A stretch of 64,000 nucleotides of DNA, from positions 2,643-66,642 of the forward strand of contig CAZKIP010000005.1 of the NCBI GenBank assembly GCA_964552945.1, in the 5' to 3' direction. This document shows, piece after piece, positions 18,859 to 27,515 of the stretch. The position numbers and the translations under genes were made by a program. The notes under the pieces were generated by a model. The model made no database searches, was not told the origin of the DNA, and worked only from the letters and a program-made list of their open reading frames with translations. Each line of letters begins with the position of its first letter. The first letter of the stretch is position 1. The stretch comes from an uncultured Methanosarcinales archaeon (GTDB lineage Archaea; Nanobdellota; Nanobdellia; Woesearchaeales; GW2011-AR9).

Positions 18859-19473
18859 TTACAACCTCTTAAACCTTGGAACTTTTTCTCCATTAAGTTC
18901 AACATTTTCAAAAAATGTTTCTTTCGGTTTAACCCAAAGAGGATTTTTTCCAAACTCTTCAGAATCATACAACCCTCTGTAAACAACATATTCTTCTAAA
19001 GTATCACTATGAACTCCTGAATAAATTAACTCATATTTATTTCCCTTATAATGTTGAAATTTGTTTGAAAAAGGACTATATCCTTGTTTTAATAAATTAA
19101 CAATAGGTTCAAATAAAGGAGAAGGTGCATCTTCCCATGCAAACCAAGAGAACTCTTTAGTTTTATCAGGTTCCATTATTTTTACTTCTCCTGAAGCAAT
19201 TTCTCCAATCATAAAAATAGTTATGTAATGCTTATCCTCTTTTAGAAAAAAGTCGTTGGTAAGAGTTGCAAACCGGACATTTTTAAGTTCTACATCAAAT
19301 TCTTCTTTAGTTTCTCGTTTTGCACATTCTTCAAAGGTTTCATTAAATTCTAAATGTCCTCCTGGAAATGACCAAGTTCCTTCACCATGAGCTCCAATTC
19401 GTTTCTGAAAAAGAACTTTATTATCTTTAACAATAATTACTCCCACTCCTACTTTTGGCAAATTCATAACCAT
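18859..19473 (-). CDS. NUDIX hydrolase fused to a C-terminal DUF1653 domain
   Basis: Nudix box GGHLEFNETFEECAKRETKEE; C-terminal YKGNKYELIY...HSDTLEEYVVYRGLY...LWVKP...PRF matches the DUF1653 pattern. Confidence 0.7.
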   Translation of the reverse strand: MVMNLPKVGVGVIIVKDNKVLFQKRIGAHGEGTWSFPGGHLEFNETFEECAKRETKEEFDVELKNVRFATLTNDFFLKEDKHYITIFMIGEIASGEVKIMEPDKTKEFSWFAWEDAPSPLFEPIVNLLKQGYSPFSNKFQHYKGNKYELIYSGVHSDTLEEYVVYRGLYDSEEFGKNPLWVKPKETFFENVELNGEKVPRFKRL

Positions 19474-19523
19474 AATAAAAACATTTACTATAAATTAATT
19501 TCTAAACATAAGAACATAAAAAG

Positions 19524-19937
19524 TTATTCTGCCAGTTGATAATCTTCAAGACATAAATCAAGCACAGCTTTAATTTCCTGTATGCGACGTTCAAACATAG
19601 CTTTAGGATTCCTCAAATCATCTCTTTTTAATTCTCCTGAGGAAGGAATCGCTGCAACAAAAAAATTGATTTCATTATCCAAGGCTAGTAAGGATGCAGA
19701 TAAAGAAATTAGTCTATCATTTTTTCCAACCTCTTTAATTTTCTTTAGGACTTCCGCTTTAAGAATCCCAACATCACTTCGCATTGCACTAATCCTTTCC
19801 ATAGCCGTTTGTTGTGATCCTGGTTTAAAACCATTAAATAATTCAATTAAAGAAATAAAAACATTTTTGAAGTTATCACTTATAATTTTTAATCGTGCGC
19901 GTGATCCAACAAACACCATACTATTAAGAAAAAACAT
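19524..19937 (-). CDS. Hypothetical protein (gene bounded by 29-bp perfect direct repeats)
   Basis: 137-aa helical, charged ORF; the antisense ORF 19582-20001 is S/L-rich and judged spurious. Confidence 0.35.
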   Translation of the reverse strand: MFFLNSMVFVGSRARLKIISDNFKNVFISLIELFNGFKPGSQQTAMERISAMRSDVGILKAEVLKKIKEVGKNDRLISLSASLLALDNEINFFVAAIPSSGELKRDDLRNPKAMFERRIQEIKAVLDLCLEDYQLAE

Positions 19938-19958
19938 TTACTATAAATTAATTTCTAA

Positions 19959-20881
19959 TTATAATCCTTTTTTCAAAAGTTCTCCTGCCAATTCAACTTG
20001 AACCCTACAACCAGCATAAAAAGGCATTCGGTCATGTAAACCTTTTGGAACAACATCTAAAATATCCTCTACGCCATTTGTAGCCGAACCACCAGCCCTT
20101 TCAATCAAAAAAGACATAGCATGCAACTCAAACATTGGACGTAGAGTTGCCCTCTCACTACCATCTTTCATTCTACACGTAGGATATGCAAAAATGTGAT
20201 CTCCTCTTAGTAAAGCTTGGTTAATATCTGAAACTAAACAACGTGAAAATTGATCTTTATACCCTCTCCCCCTTAAATAAGAGATAAACTTTCTATGAGG
20301 TTCTGACCAGGTAGGTTCCGCCCCGCCTGAACTTAAACGTGAAGCCACTTCTCTCATTTTTACATCTTCTTTCAAAAGAGACCAATGCCAATTAGCATCT
20401 AACAAATAGCCATTTACTTTTTCACCAATATTACAAACTAAACTTGTTGCACAGCCATAAAGAATATACATAGCTGCAACCATACTCTCTCGAGGAGTAC
20501 GGCTGTCCAATAACGGCCCTTGATGTATTGAAAATATGGAACCTATAGGTCCATTATATGGAGCGTTACTACTTCCATCTAAAGGGTCATAACAGAATAT
20601 TTTCCGGAAGAACTTACATCAACTATTGAAGGACGTTCTTCAGAAGCAAATTGTATCACACCACCACATTCTCTTAAAGAATCACTTATTCTCTCATCTG
20701 CAAATATATCTAAAGAATTTTGGTGATCTCCCGAAGTGTTTGAAGTTTCCAAAGATTCTGTTCGTCTTCCATATCTTACTTCATCAGAAATTTCATCACA
20801 AGCACCAGCAATACCCATTATTAATTCAACCAAATCTGGTTCAGTTTTATTTTGAACAAGATCCGATTTAAGGGATGGCAT
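19959..20881 (-). pseudogene. fbp: Class I fructose-1,6-bisphosphatase (Fbp), disrupted by a -1 frameshift (ORFs 20579-20881 and 19959-20510)
   Basis: N-terminal piece ends ...SGKYSV; in the -1 frame it continues CYDPLDGSSN...GYxLYGxAT...FAYP...LRPMFELHAMSFLIERAGGSATNG, all class I FBPase hallmarks; shift is at a GGAAAAT homopolymer; region visibly GC-richer than flanks. Confidence 0.7.
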
Positions 20882-20921
20882 AACAACAGAGGAAAATTTG
20901 TATCTTAAAAAACTTCTGAAA

Positions 20922-22445
20922 CTACTTTACTTCCTCTCCCACAATACTTCTTAACATATGTCCCCCAACTTTGACTTTAATTTTCTTCTTTAAGGGGATC
21001 CTTCCTTTAACTCCAATGATTAAAGGATAAGTCCCATATTGTCTACAAAAAGTTGTTTTTCCATCATACATTTCAGTGTAAACATCTTTTAAGATAGTGC
21101 CTTCAGGTAAAATTAATTTCAACATTGGAAAATCTATTTTTTGCCTTATTTCATTCCGCCATTTCCAATAGTATTTTTTATTTTTTCTAAGGAATTTGTT
21201 TCCACCATGTTTCTCTAAGAACGTATCTGGTAACACAGCTACCTGACGAACGTTAATTCTTCTCAACAATAAACCCTCATCCATAATATTTTGTAACATT
21301 TTCATATTTATCTTATGAGTTTCTTTACTCTCATTTAATAATCCAAAAATAATGTTTATCCCTGGCAAGAATTTATGCATCCCATTCTTTCCTCTAACTG
21401 CACCATACTTATTAATAATTTGAATTGCTTTATAGCCAATCAATGGAGAAGTATTTAGTAAATTTGCTTTGACAACCTCTTTATCAAAAGATTCCACCCC
21501 AAAAGCAGCAATATTTCCTGAAGTACAATATTTCACGATAGCTTTTGTGATCTCTTCCCCTCCTGCAGCTACAACAGAATTAGGATTTACATTATCAATA
21601 TGAAGTACTTCAATCTTGGGACATTTCTTGTTAATTTGTTGCAACAATTTTATTGGCTTATCAGATGCATAAAAGTCAGCTTGTTTTCCAAGACGGAAGA
21701 ACCTTGCGCCTTTCTTGTAAAATTCTTCAACTTCTCTAAGAACGTCCTCCATCTTTCGGTTAACAAATTTATTTTTCAGAGGTTCAGTACAAAAACTACA
21801 CTTTCCGACTTTACACCCTCTTCCAGTTTCAACCTCTATAACTCTCTTATCAGGAATTTGTTTAATTATTTCAGTACTTTCTTTAATGTAATCTTCAATT
21901 TCTGCAAAAGGAGCATCATAATTTTTTACTTCATCAAAAAAGCTAAGGTCTGCTTTCTCAAAGAATTTTCCACCTTCTAATTGTGTTCCAAACACAGCCG
22001 GACCGCTCAATATTTTTGGTTTCTTGATATCTTTAAGTAAAGAAGTGATCTCTTGCAAAGTTCCAGGATGTGCTGTTAAATATTTGCCTGGAACGTGAAC
22101 TCCAAGAATAACAATGATTTTTTTTGTTTTAGAGATTATTTCTTCCGCTTTGTTATTAGTTAAATTATAAACATAAATATTTGTTTTCTCTTTCTCCGTC
22201 GGTTCCTTCACTACACCTCCCTTTTGCTTCCACAACCTTACATCATCTATTGTAAGATAAGAAATATCATTCCCTTCCTTACTCAATTTTCCAAATAAAT
22301 ATCTTGGATATGTTCCCAAATAGGGGGGTACACCTAGTCCAGAAGCTTCATCTGTGTAACAATCAATAATGGTAATGTGCATGATAGAATATAATGATTC
22401 TACTTTAAGAATGTTTGGTATAATATAGAAGAAACATAACAACAA
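20922..22445 (-). CDS. B12-binding-like/radical SAM protein (COG1032-type Fe-S oxidoreductase)
   Basis: GRGCKVGKCSFC CxxxCxxC motif preceded by a Rossmann-like IIDCYTDE N-terminal domain; start probably at internal Met (MHITIIDCY). Confidence 0.55.
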   Translation of the reverse strand: MLLCFFYIIPNILKVESLYSIMHITIIDCYTDEASGLGVPPYLGTYPRYLFGKLSKEGNDISYLTIDDVRLWKQKGGVVKEPTEKEKTNIYVYNLTNNKAEEIISKTKKIIVILGVHVPGKYLTAHPGTLQEITSLLKDIKKPKILSGPAVFGTQLEGGKFFEKADLSFFDEVKNYDAPFAEIEDYIKESTEIIKQIPDKRVIEVETGRGCKVGKCSFCTEPLKNKFVNRKMEDVLREVEEFYKKGARFFRLGKQADFYASDKPIKLLQQINKKCPKIEVLHIDNVNPNSVVAAGGEEITKAIVKYCTSGNIAAFGVESFDKEVVKANLLNTSPLIGYKAIQIINKYGAVRGKNGMHKFLPGINIIFGLLNESKETHKINMKMLQNIMDEGLLLRRINVRQVAVLPDTFLEKHGGNKFLRKNKKYYWKWRNEIRQKIDFPMLKLILPEGTILKDVYTEMYDGKTTFCRQYGTYPLIIGVKGRIPLKKKIKVKVGGHMLRSIVGEEVK

Positions 22446-22481
22446 TCTTTTTTAAGGCCATGAAATTGGTTAGGTAAATAG

Positions 22482-23105
22482 ATGGTTTATAAGATTGGCT
22501 TGGTGGGAACTCATGGCACTGGTAAAACTGCCTTAGCTGGTTTAATCAATTCTGAATTAAGAAGGAGGGGCATTGAATCAACGCAAATAATTGAATGTGC
22601 AACAAAAGCTAGAGAAAGAGGAATTGTTATTAACGAAGATACAACTCTGGCAGATCAACTTTACATTCTTTATACTCAATTTTCTGAAGAGATTCTATTT
22701 TCTAGACCCAGGGAAGGACATCCCAAATATGAAGTCATTGTTTGCGATCGTGGCCCTGACAATTATTGCTATTTAGAAAGAAGTGTAGGTCCTAGTGAAG
22801 GTGCTTTATTGTTAACTTTGAGGCACTTAAAATTTTTCAATTATGACAGATTATATCTTCTGCCAATTGTAAGTAGTGGGCCCCCTACTAGAAACGGAGT
22901 TCGTGCAGCTGATCCTGAATTTCAGAAAGAAATGGATCAAAGAGTTAGGGCTTTTCTTGCAAAATATGAGATTCCTCATACCATTCTTCCTACTCCTGAA
23001 GAGAGTGATCCTTATCGGAATGAATGGATTAGAATTGTTGTTAACGACACTCTAAAAAGTTTAGGAATGCCTGAGAGATGTTATATTAAAAGAACAAAAA
23101 TTTAG
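22482..23105 (+). CDS. P-loop NTPase (AAA_28/NadR-kinase-like)
   Basis: GLVGTHGTGKTALAG Walker A near the N-terminus; 207 aa. Confidence 0.4.
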   Translation: MVYKIGLVGTHGTGKTALAGLINSELRRRGIESTQIIECATKARERGIVINEDTTLADQLYILYTQFSEEILFSRPREGHPKYEVIVCDRGPDNYCYLERSVGPSEGALLLTLRHLKFFNYDRLYLLPIVSSGPPTRNGVRAADPEFQKEMDQRVRAFLAKYEIPHTILPTPEESDPYRNEWIRIVVNDTLKSLGMPERCYIKRTKI

Positions 23106-23110
23106 TTAAG

Positions 23111-23413
23111 TTAATTAATTCCATATTCTCTTTTAGATTTCTCAAAATCAGAACGCAAAAAAGGATAATAAAAACGATCAATGAAGCAATCATCAATTGA
23201 ATCCTTATGTGCAGGGATTTCAAGTTGATGAGAGGACGAATTTCCTTCATGACTTCTTAAATGAGAATTATTTTGATAATGTAAAAAATTAGGGGCAATG
23301 CTAGGACCATTTCCAAGCATAAGATTACCAACAAATCTTAAAAGTGATAAAACTTCCGAGGATTGTTCTACTTTTCTTGCAACATATTTCACTAAAACGT
23401 TTTTTACTGACAT
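23111..23413 (-). CDS. Hypothetical small protein
   Basis: 100-aa ORF in the gap between flanking genes. Confidence 0.2.
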   Translation of the reverse strand: MSVKNVLVKYVARKVEQSSEVLSLLRFVGNLMLGNGPSIAPNFLHYQNNSHLRSHEGNSSSHQLEIPAHKDSIDDCFIDRFYYPFLRSDFEKSKREYGIN

Positions 23414-23429
23414 TTTTATTTAAAAAGAG

Positions 23430-23609
23430 TGGCCCCGCCGAGACTTTCAAAACCTGAAAGGCTTGTTTTGCTCAAGCTTTTCTTAAAAGGTTATTTGAAC
23501 TCGGGACCTCACGATTTCAGTCATAACGATGTTATGATATCAGTCGTGCGCTCTTTCCTGCTTCCAAGTCTTAATAAGCCTCGAAAGTACCAGGCTAAGC
23601 CACGGGGCC
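23430..23609 (-). tRNA. tRNA-Ile (GAU) with three introns (D-loop ~34 nt, canonical 37/38 ~22 nt, T-loop/T-stem ~50 nt)
   Basis: Minus-strand read: acceptor GGCCCCG/CGGGGCC + A, D-stem GCTT/GAGC around loop AGCCTGGTA, anticodon stem CACGA/TCGTG with loop CTGATA|A and a 7-bp intron hairpin TCATAAC/GTTATGA, variable AGGTC, T-arm CCGAG-TTCAAAT-[insert]-CTCGG; 180 nt = 74 + 106. Confidence 0.65.
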
Positions 23610-23640
23610 ATAAACTCAAAGATAAAGCAGTTCTATAAAA

Positions 23641-23830
23641 AGATAACGGAAATTTTCACAATTTCCGGAATCTTTCAAAAAATCTTGTTTTTTGCTAGAT
23701 AACGGAAATCTTCTTGATTTAACGGTCTTCCAAAATCTTGTTTTTTGCTAGATAACGGAAAATATTGTATTTTCCGGGATCTTTCAAAAATGAACCATTT
23801 TTTCTAGATAGCAGAAATTTTCACAATAGC
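23641..23830. repeat. ~55-bp tandem repeat, 3.5 copies, each starting AGATAACGGAAA and containing a CGGAAA...TTTCCG-type palindrome
   Basis: Copies begin at ~23641, 23698, 23751 and 23807; lies in the divergent region between tRNA-Ile and the first surface lipoprotein gene. Confidence 0.6.
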
Positions 23831-23975
23831 CCCTCTTATTTCCCCCCATATACCCACTCAACAATATATTCTCATCCCTATAAATCTTTAAATAAAAGTT
23901 GCTATTCTAAAATCGTAAAAATCAAGATTGGTTTTTAAAATTAAATTCAAGTTTTAACACAGGGGGTGTGTTTTT

Positions 23976-25025
23976 ATGAAAAAAGTAATGATATATGGAT
24001 TGATAATAGTTTCTTTGATAGTTCTAGCTGGATGTGCTCAATACAAAGCCATCGACACTCAAAACGATGAAGATCTTAGCTTAATTGATGAAATTGCAAA
24101 AATTGAAGAAGAATTAGCTCAAGAAGAGATTAAGGAAGATACAACACCAGAAGAAACCACTGATACTGCAGAAGAAGCAGTGGATGAAACAGTAAATGAA
24201 GAAGAAGTTGTAATTCCTGATTTAGATGAAGCAGCAGTAATGAATACAGAAGCAGTAACCATCTCAGTAAAAGAAAATGAGTTAGTTAAAGTTAATGCTA
24301 AAGTTTCAGACCCTGATGAAGATCCAGTTACTTATACTTTCAGCAAACCTCTAAACAATAATGGAGAATGGAAAACCAATTATGGAGATGCAGGAGAATA
24401 CATGGTTACTTTAAAAGCTACAGATGGAAAATTAACCACCGAGAAAGTAATCAAGCTTGTAGTTGAGAGAGTGAACGTTCCTCCAGTTATCGATGGTGTT
24501 AAAGATATAACTATCCTAGAAGGAGAAACGGTTACTTTTGAACCTAAAGTAACAGACCCAAACAACGATGCCGTTACAGTTACAATCTCTGAACCATTGA
24601 AAAGTGGAACTTTTGTAACTGACCATACCAGTTTTGGTGAATACAATATTGTTGTAAGTGCTTCAGATGGAGAATTGGATACTGAAAAAACTTTCAAACT
24701 TACAGTAAACAATGTAAATGAAAAACCAGTTATCTCTGGTCTTGAAGACTTGAAGATTAAGGAAGGAGACGTTGTTAAACTTAAACCAACCGTAACTGAC
24801 TTGGATGAAGACCCAATCACTTTAACTATAAGTGAACCGGTTGGCGACGATGGAATCTGGGCAACATCTTACACAGATAATGGGGAATATGTTATCACTG
24901 TTACTGCAGATGATGGACAAGACAAAATTGTTCAAAAAGTAACTATAACAATTGAGGATATTAACAAAGCTCCAGAAATTGTAGATATTTCCTTAGGACC
25001 AAATAGTCCTGCTGTGAGTAGTTAA
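23976..25025 (+). CDS. Cell-surface lipoprotein with three cadherin/Ig-like repeat domains
   Basis: Lipobox signal MKKVMIYGLIIVSLIVLAGC; Glu-rich linker; ~95-aa repeats sharing DPDEDPVTYTF...W.T.YGDAGEY.V...A.DG; strong GGGGGTG SD. Confidence 0.6.
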   Translation: MKKVMIYGLIIVSLIVLAGCAQYKAIDTQNDEDLSLIDEIAKIEEELAQEEIKEDTTPEETTDTAEEAVDETVNEEEVVIPDLDEAAVMNTEAVTISVKENELVKVNAKVSDPDEDPVTYTFSKPLNNNGEWKTNYGDAGEYMVTLKATDGKLTTEKVIKLVVERVNVPPVIDGVKDITILEGETVTFEPKVTDPNNDAVTVTISEPLKSGTFVTDHTSFGEYNIVVSASDGELDTEKTFKLTVNNVNEKPVISGLEDLKIKEGDVVKLKPTVTDLDEDPITLTISEPVGDDGIWATSYTDNGEYVITVTADDGQDKIVQKVTITIEDINKAPEIVDISLGPNSPAVSS

Positions 25026-25081
25026 TTTTTTTCTTATTTTTTATTTTAAATTTTTTAAAATCAAAAAAAGTGGCGTGAAAA

Positions 25082-27439
25082 ATGAAACATAAAATTGTTA
25101 AACTAGTTTTAGGTGTGGTAATCCTAATTTTAATTCTACAAACCGTTTTTGCCGCCACAAGAGTTTTTCAAGTACAAGAAACAGATTTTGTGAAAATAAA
25201 TGCTAAAGCGATAGACCCAGATTTGGATAAAGTAACTTACCAATTTGGAGAACCACTGGATCAAGATGGCGAATGGCAAACAACCTATGGAGATGCGGGA
25301 GAGTATGAAATTGATGTTAAGGCATCTGATGGAAAAAATGAAACTATCAAAAAAATAAAATTGGTAGTTACTAAAAGAAATCAAGCACCCTATGTTAAAG
25401 AAAAAAAGTTAGTGGCAAAAGAATCTAAAACAGTTAATTTAAAAGAAGCTATCGTTGACCCAGATGGAGATGTTTTAACTTACACATTTAAAGCTCCTTT
25501 TAACGAAAAAGGCGTTTGGCAAACTAATTTTAACGATGCGGGAGAACACACCGCTTCATTTACAGTAACTGATGGAGAATTCTTAATAGAAGCAAAGGTA
25601 AACGTCGTAATTGAGGATAAAAATCAACCCCCTTTCATTGACAACATTTTCTCTGAAGAGGATAAATTAGAGTTTAATGAAGGTGAAGAGTTAAATTTTT
25701 CTGTAAAAGTAAGAGACATAGATAGTGAAAATATTGATTATATTTGGAAATTGGATGGGGCAAAAATTAGTGAAGATAATGAAGGAGAACATGAATTTGA
25801 TTACGATTCTTCCGGTGAACACCAATTGGAACTTCAGGTTAGTGATGGAGAAAACAATATAGAAAGAAGTTGGAAAATTGAAATTGAAAACACCAATAGA
25901 AAACCTGCATTAAGTCTAGAACCAATAACCGTTAATGAAGGAGAATTAGTAAAGTTAATTCTTCCCGGTAAAGATCAAGATGGAGATTCCCTTACCTATG
26001 AACTAGAAAAACCTTTAGATAGTAATGGAAAATGGAAAACTGATTTTGAAGACGCGGGAAAATATTTTGCCGAAGTTGTTGCAGATGATGGGGAATATAA
26101 ATCTCAAACAGAAGTTGAAATAAATGTAGTTGATGTTGACAGAATCCCTACTTTAAACGTACCAACCAGGCTAGAAGTGAAAGAAGGAGAGAAACTTTCT
26201 TGGACAATTGATACTACAGACCCAGATAATGATGTCCTCGACATTAAAGTAATCAATGCACCAGAAGGTTCAATTCTTAATAAGAAAGTCTTTTCATGGG
26301 AACCTGATTTCTCAGCGATAAAAAGAAAGGGTGGATTTGTGAGTAATGTTTTAAATTCGTTAAATTTAGAAAGGTTTTTTCTAAAAATGAAAGTTATCCC
26401 TCTAAAAATTAAAGTATGTGGAAAAAGTTTATGTAATAATAAAGAGTTAGAGTTGGTTGTCTACAATGTAAATCGTCCTCCAGTTATGCAAGGACAAAAA
26501 AACTATACAATTCAAGAAACTGAAGAATTGACAATTGTGCCTTCTGCAATAGACCCAGACGGAGATATTGTTAAGTATGCTTTCTCATCACCAGTTCAAA
26601 AAAGAAGTGGTAAATGGAAAACTAGTTTTGATGACGAAGGGATTTATGATATCTATGTATCTGCCACTGATGGGAGATTTACTGACACATTACCTTTTGT
26701 TGTGAATGTAAAGAAAAAGAATCGTGGGCCTTCATTAAATGTTGATAAAGATGAATTTGTTATTTTAGAAGGTAAAAAGCTATCGTTCAAAGTTACCGCT
26801 TCAGATCCTGATGAAGACAATTTGAATATTGAATTAGAAAATCTTCCTCCTGGAGCTTCGTTTAAAGATGAAACATTTATTTGGACTCCTTCAAAAGAAT
26901 TTGTTAAGAATAAAAGTTCTGGAACCATAAACAAAATATTACAAAAATCTTCATATCTTATCAAAAAATTTAGTGATGACGAAAAAACGCATTGGTTAAA
27001 ATTTTCTGCAGACGATGGAGAAACAAAAACAATTCATCCAGTAAAAGTTATTGTTAAAAACAAAAATCAGGCACCTAAGATCATTGATTATCTTCCTATG
27101 AATAAAACACTTTTTACAGAAGTTAACAAACCTTTAATTTTCCACGTTACAGCAACCGATTCTGATAACGATAAGTTAAGTTACGAATGGAGTTTTGATT
27201 TTGGACAGCAAAAAGTTAGAGGGACTGATACTATTGAAAGAACTTTCCTTACTCCTGGAGAAAAAAAGGTCAAAGTCAAAGTAACTGACGGACTAGAAAC
27301 AGTTGAAAAAGAATGGATGGTTTCTGTACAAGAAGTTCTCTATCCTACTCCAGTTATAATTTCAAATCCTACTCAAAATGTACCTCAAGCACTATCTCCT
27401 CCTGAAACTGAAACTTTTAGGGTAATTGTTATTGAATAG
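25082..27439 (+). CDS. Cell-surface protein with ~8 cadherin/Ig-like repeat domains (paralog of upstream gene)
   Basis: Signal peptide; repeated DPD.D.LTY.F..P....G.W.T.F.DAG.Y motif units along 785 aa. Confidence 0.6.
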   Translation: MKHKIVKLVLGVVILILILQTVFAATRVFQVQETDFVKINAKAIDPDLDKVTYQFGEPLDQDGEWQTTYGDAGEYEIDVKASDGKNETIKKIKLVVTKRNQAPYVKEKKLVAKESKTVNLKEAIVDPDGDVLTYTFKAPFNEKGVWQTNFNDAGEHTASFTVTDGEFLIEAKVNVVIEDKNQPPFIDNIFSEEDKLEFNEGEELNFSVKVRDIDSENIDYIWKLDGAKISEDNEGEHEFDYDSSGEHQLELQVSDGENNIERSWKIEIENTNRKPALSLEPITVNEGELVKLILPGKDQDGDSLTYELEKPLDSNGKWKTDFEDAGKYFAEVVADDGEYKSQTEVEINVVDVDRIPTLNVPTRLEVKEGEKLSWTIDTTDPDNDVLDIKVINAPEGSILNKKVFSWEPDFSAIKRKGGFVSNVLNSLNLERFFLKMKVIPLKIKVCGKSLCNNKELELVVYNVNRPPVMQGQKNYTIQETEELTIVPSAIDPDGDIVKYAFSSPVQKRSGKWKTSFDDEGIYDIYVSATDGRFTDTLPFVVNVKKKNRGPSLNVDKDEFVILEGKKLSFKVTASDPDEDNLNIELENLPPGASFKDETFIWTPSKEFVKNKSSGTINKILQKSSYLIKKFSDDEKTHWLKFSADDGETKTIHPVKVIVKNKNQAPKIIDYLPMNKTLFTEVNKPLIFHVTATDSDNDKLSYEWSFDFGQQKVRGTDTIERTFLTPGEKKVKVKVTDGLETVEKEWMVSVQEVLYPTPVIISNPTQNVPQALSPPETETFRVIVIE

Positions 27440-27515
27440 AAAAAATTGTTTGGGATAGCCAATAGAAGCAATTCTTGTAGATAAAATATATAAAAGAGAC
27501 TTCTCCTGAATAAAT

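Noticed and set aside
19582-20001. 139-aa plus-strand ORF antisense to the 19524-19937 gene
   Set aside because: Ser/Leu-rich low-complexity translation typical of antisense frames in AT-rich DNA. It breaks the minus-strand gene array and spans the 29-bp repeat and the fbp stop.
20579-20881. Programmed -1 ribosomal frameshift in fbp
   Set aside because: The shift site (CC GGA AAA TAT) is not a canonical X XXY YYZ slippery heptamer and no downstream pseudoknot is evident. A homopolymer indel (sequencing error or real mutation) is more parsimonious.
23429-23638. 69-aa plus-strand ORF
   Set aside because: Lies entirely within the minus-strand three-intron tRNA-Ile gene, and its composition is not protein-like.
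23641-23830. Possibility that the 55-bp tandem repeats are a CRISPR array
   Set aside because: There are no unique spacers between copies. The units are directly abutting, diverged, ~55 bp, and lack the uniform repeat-spacer periodicity. No cas genes are nearby.
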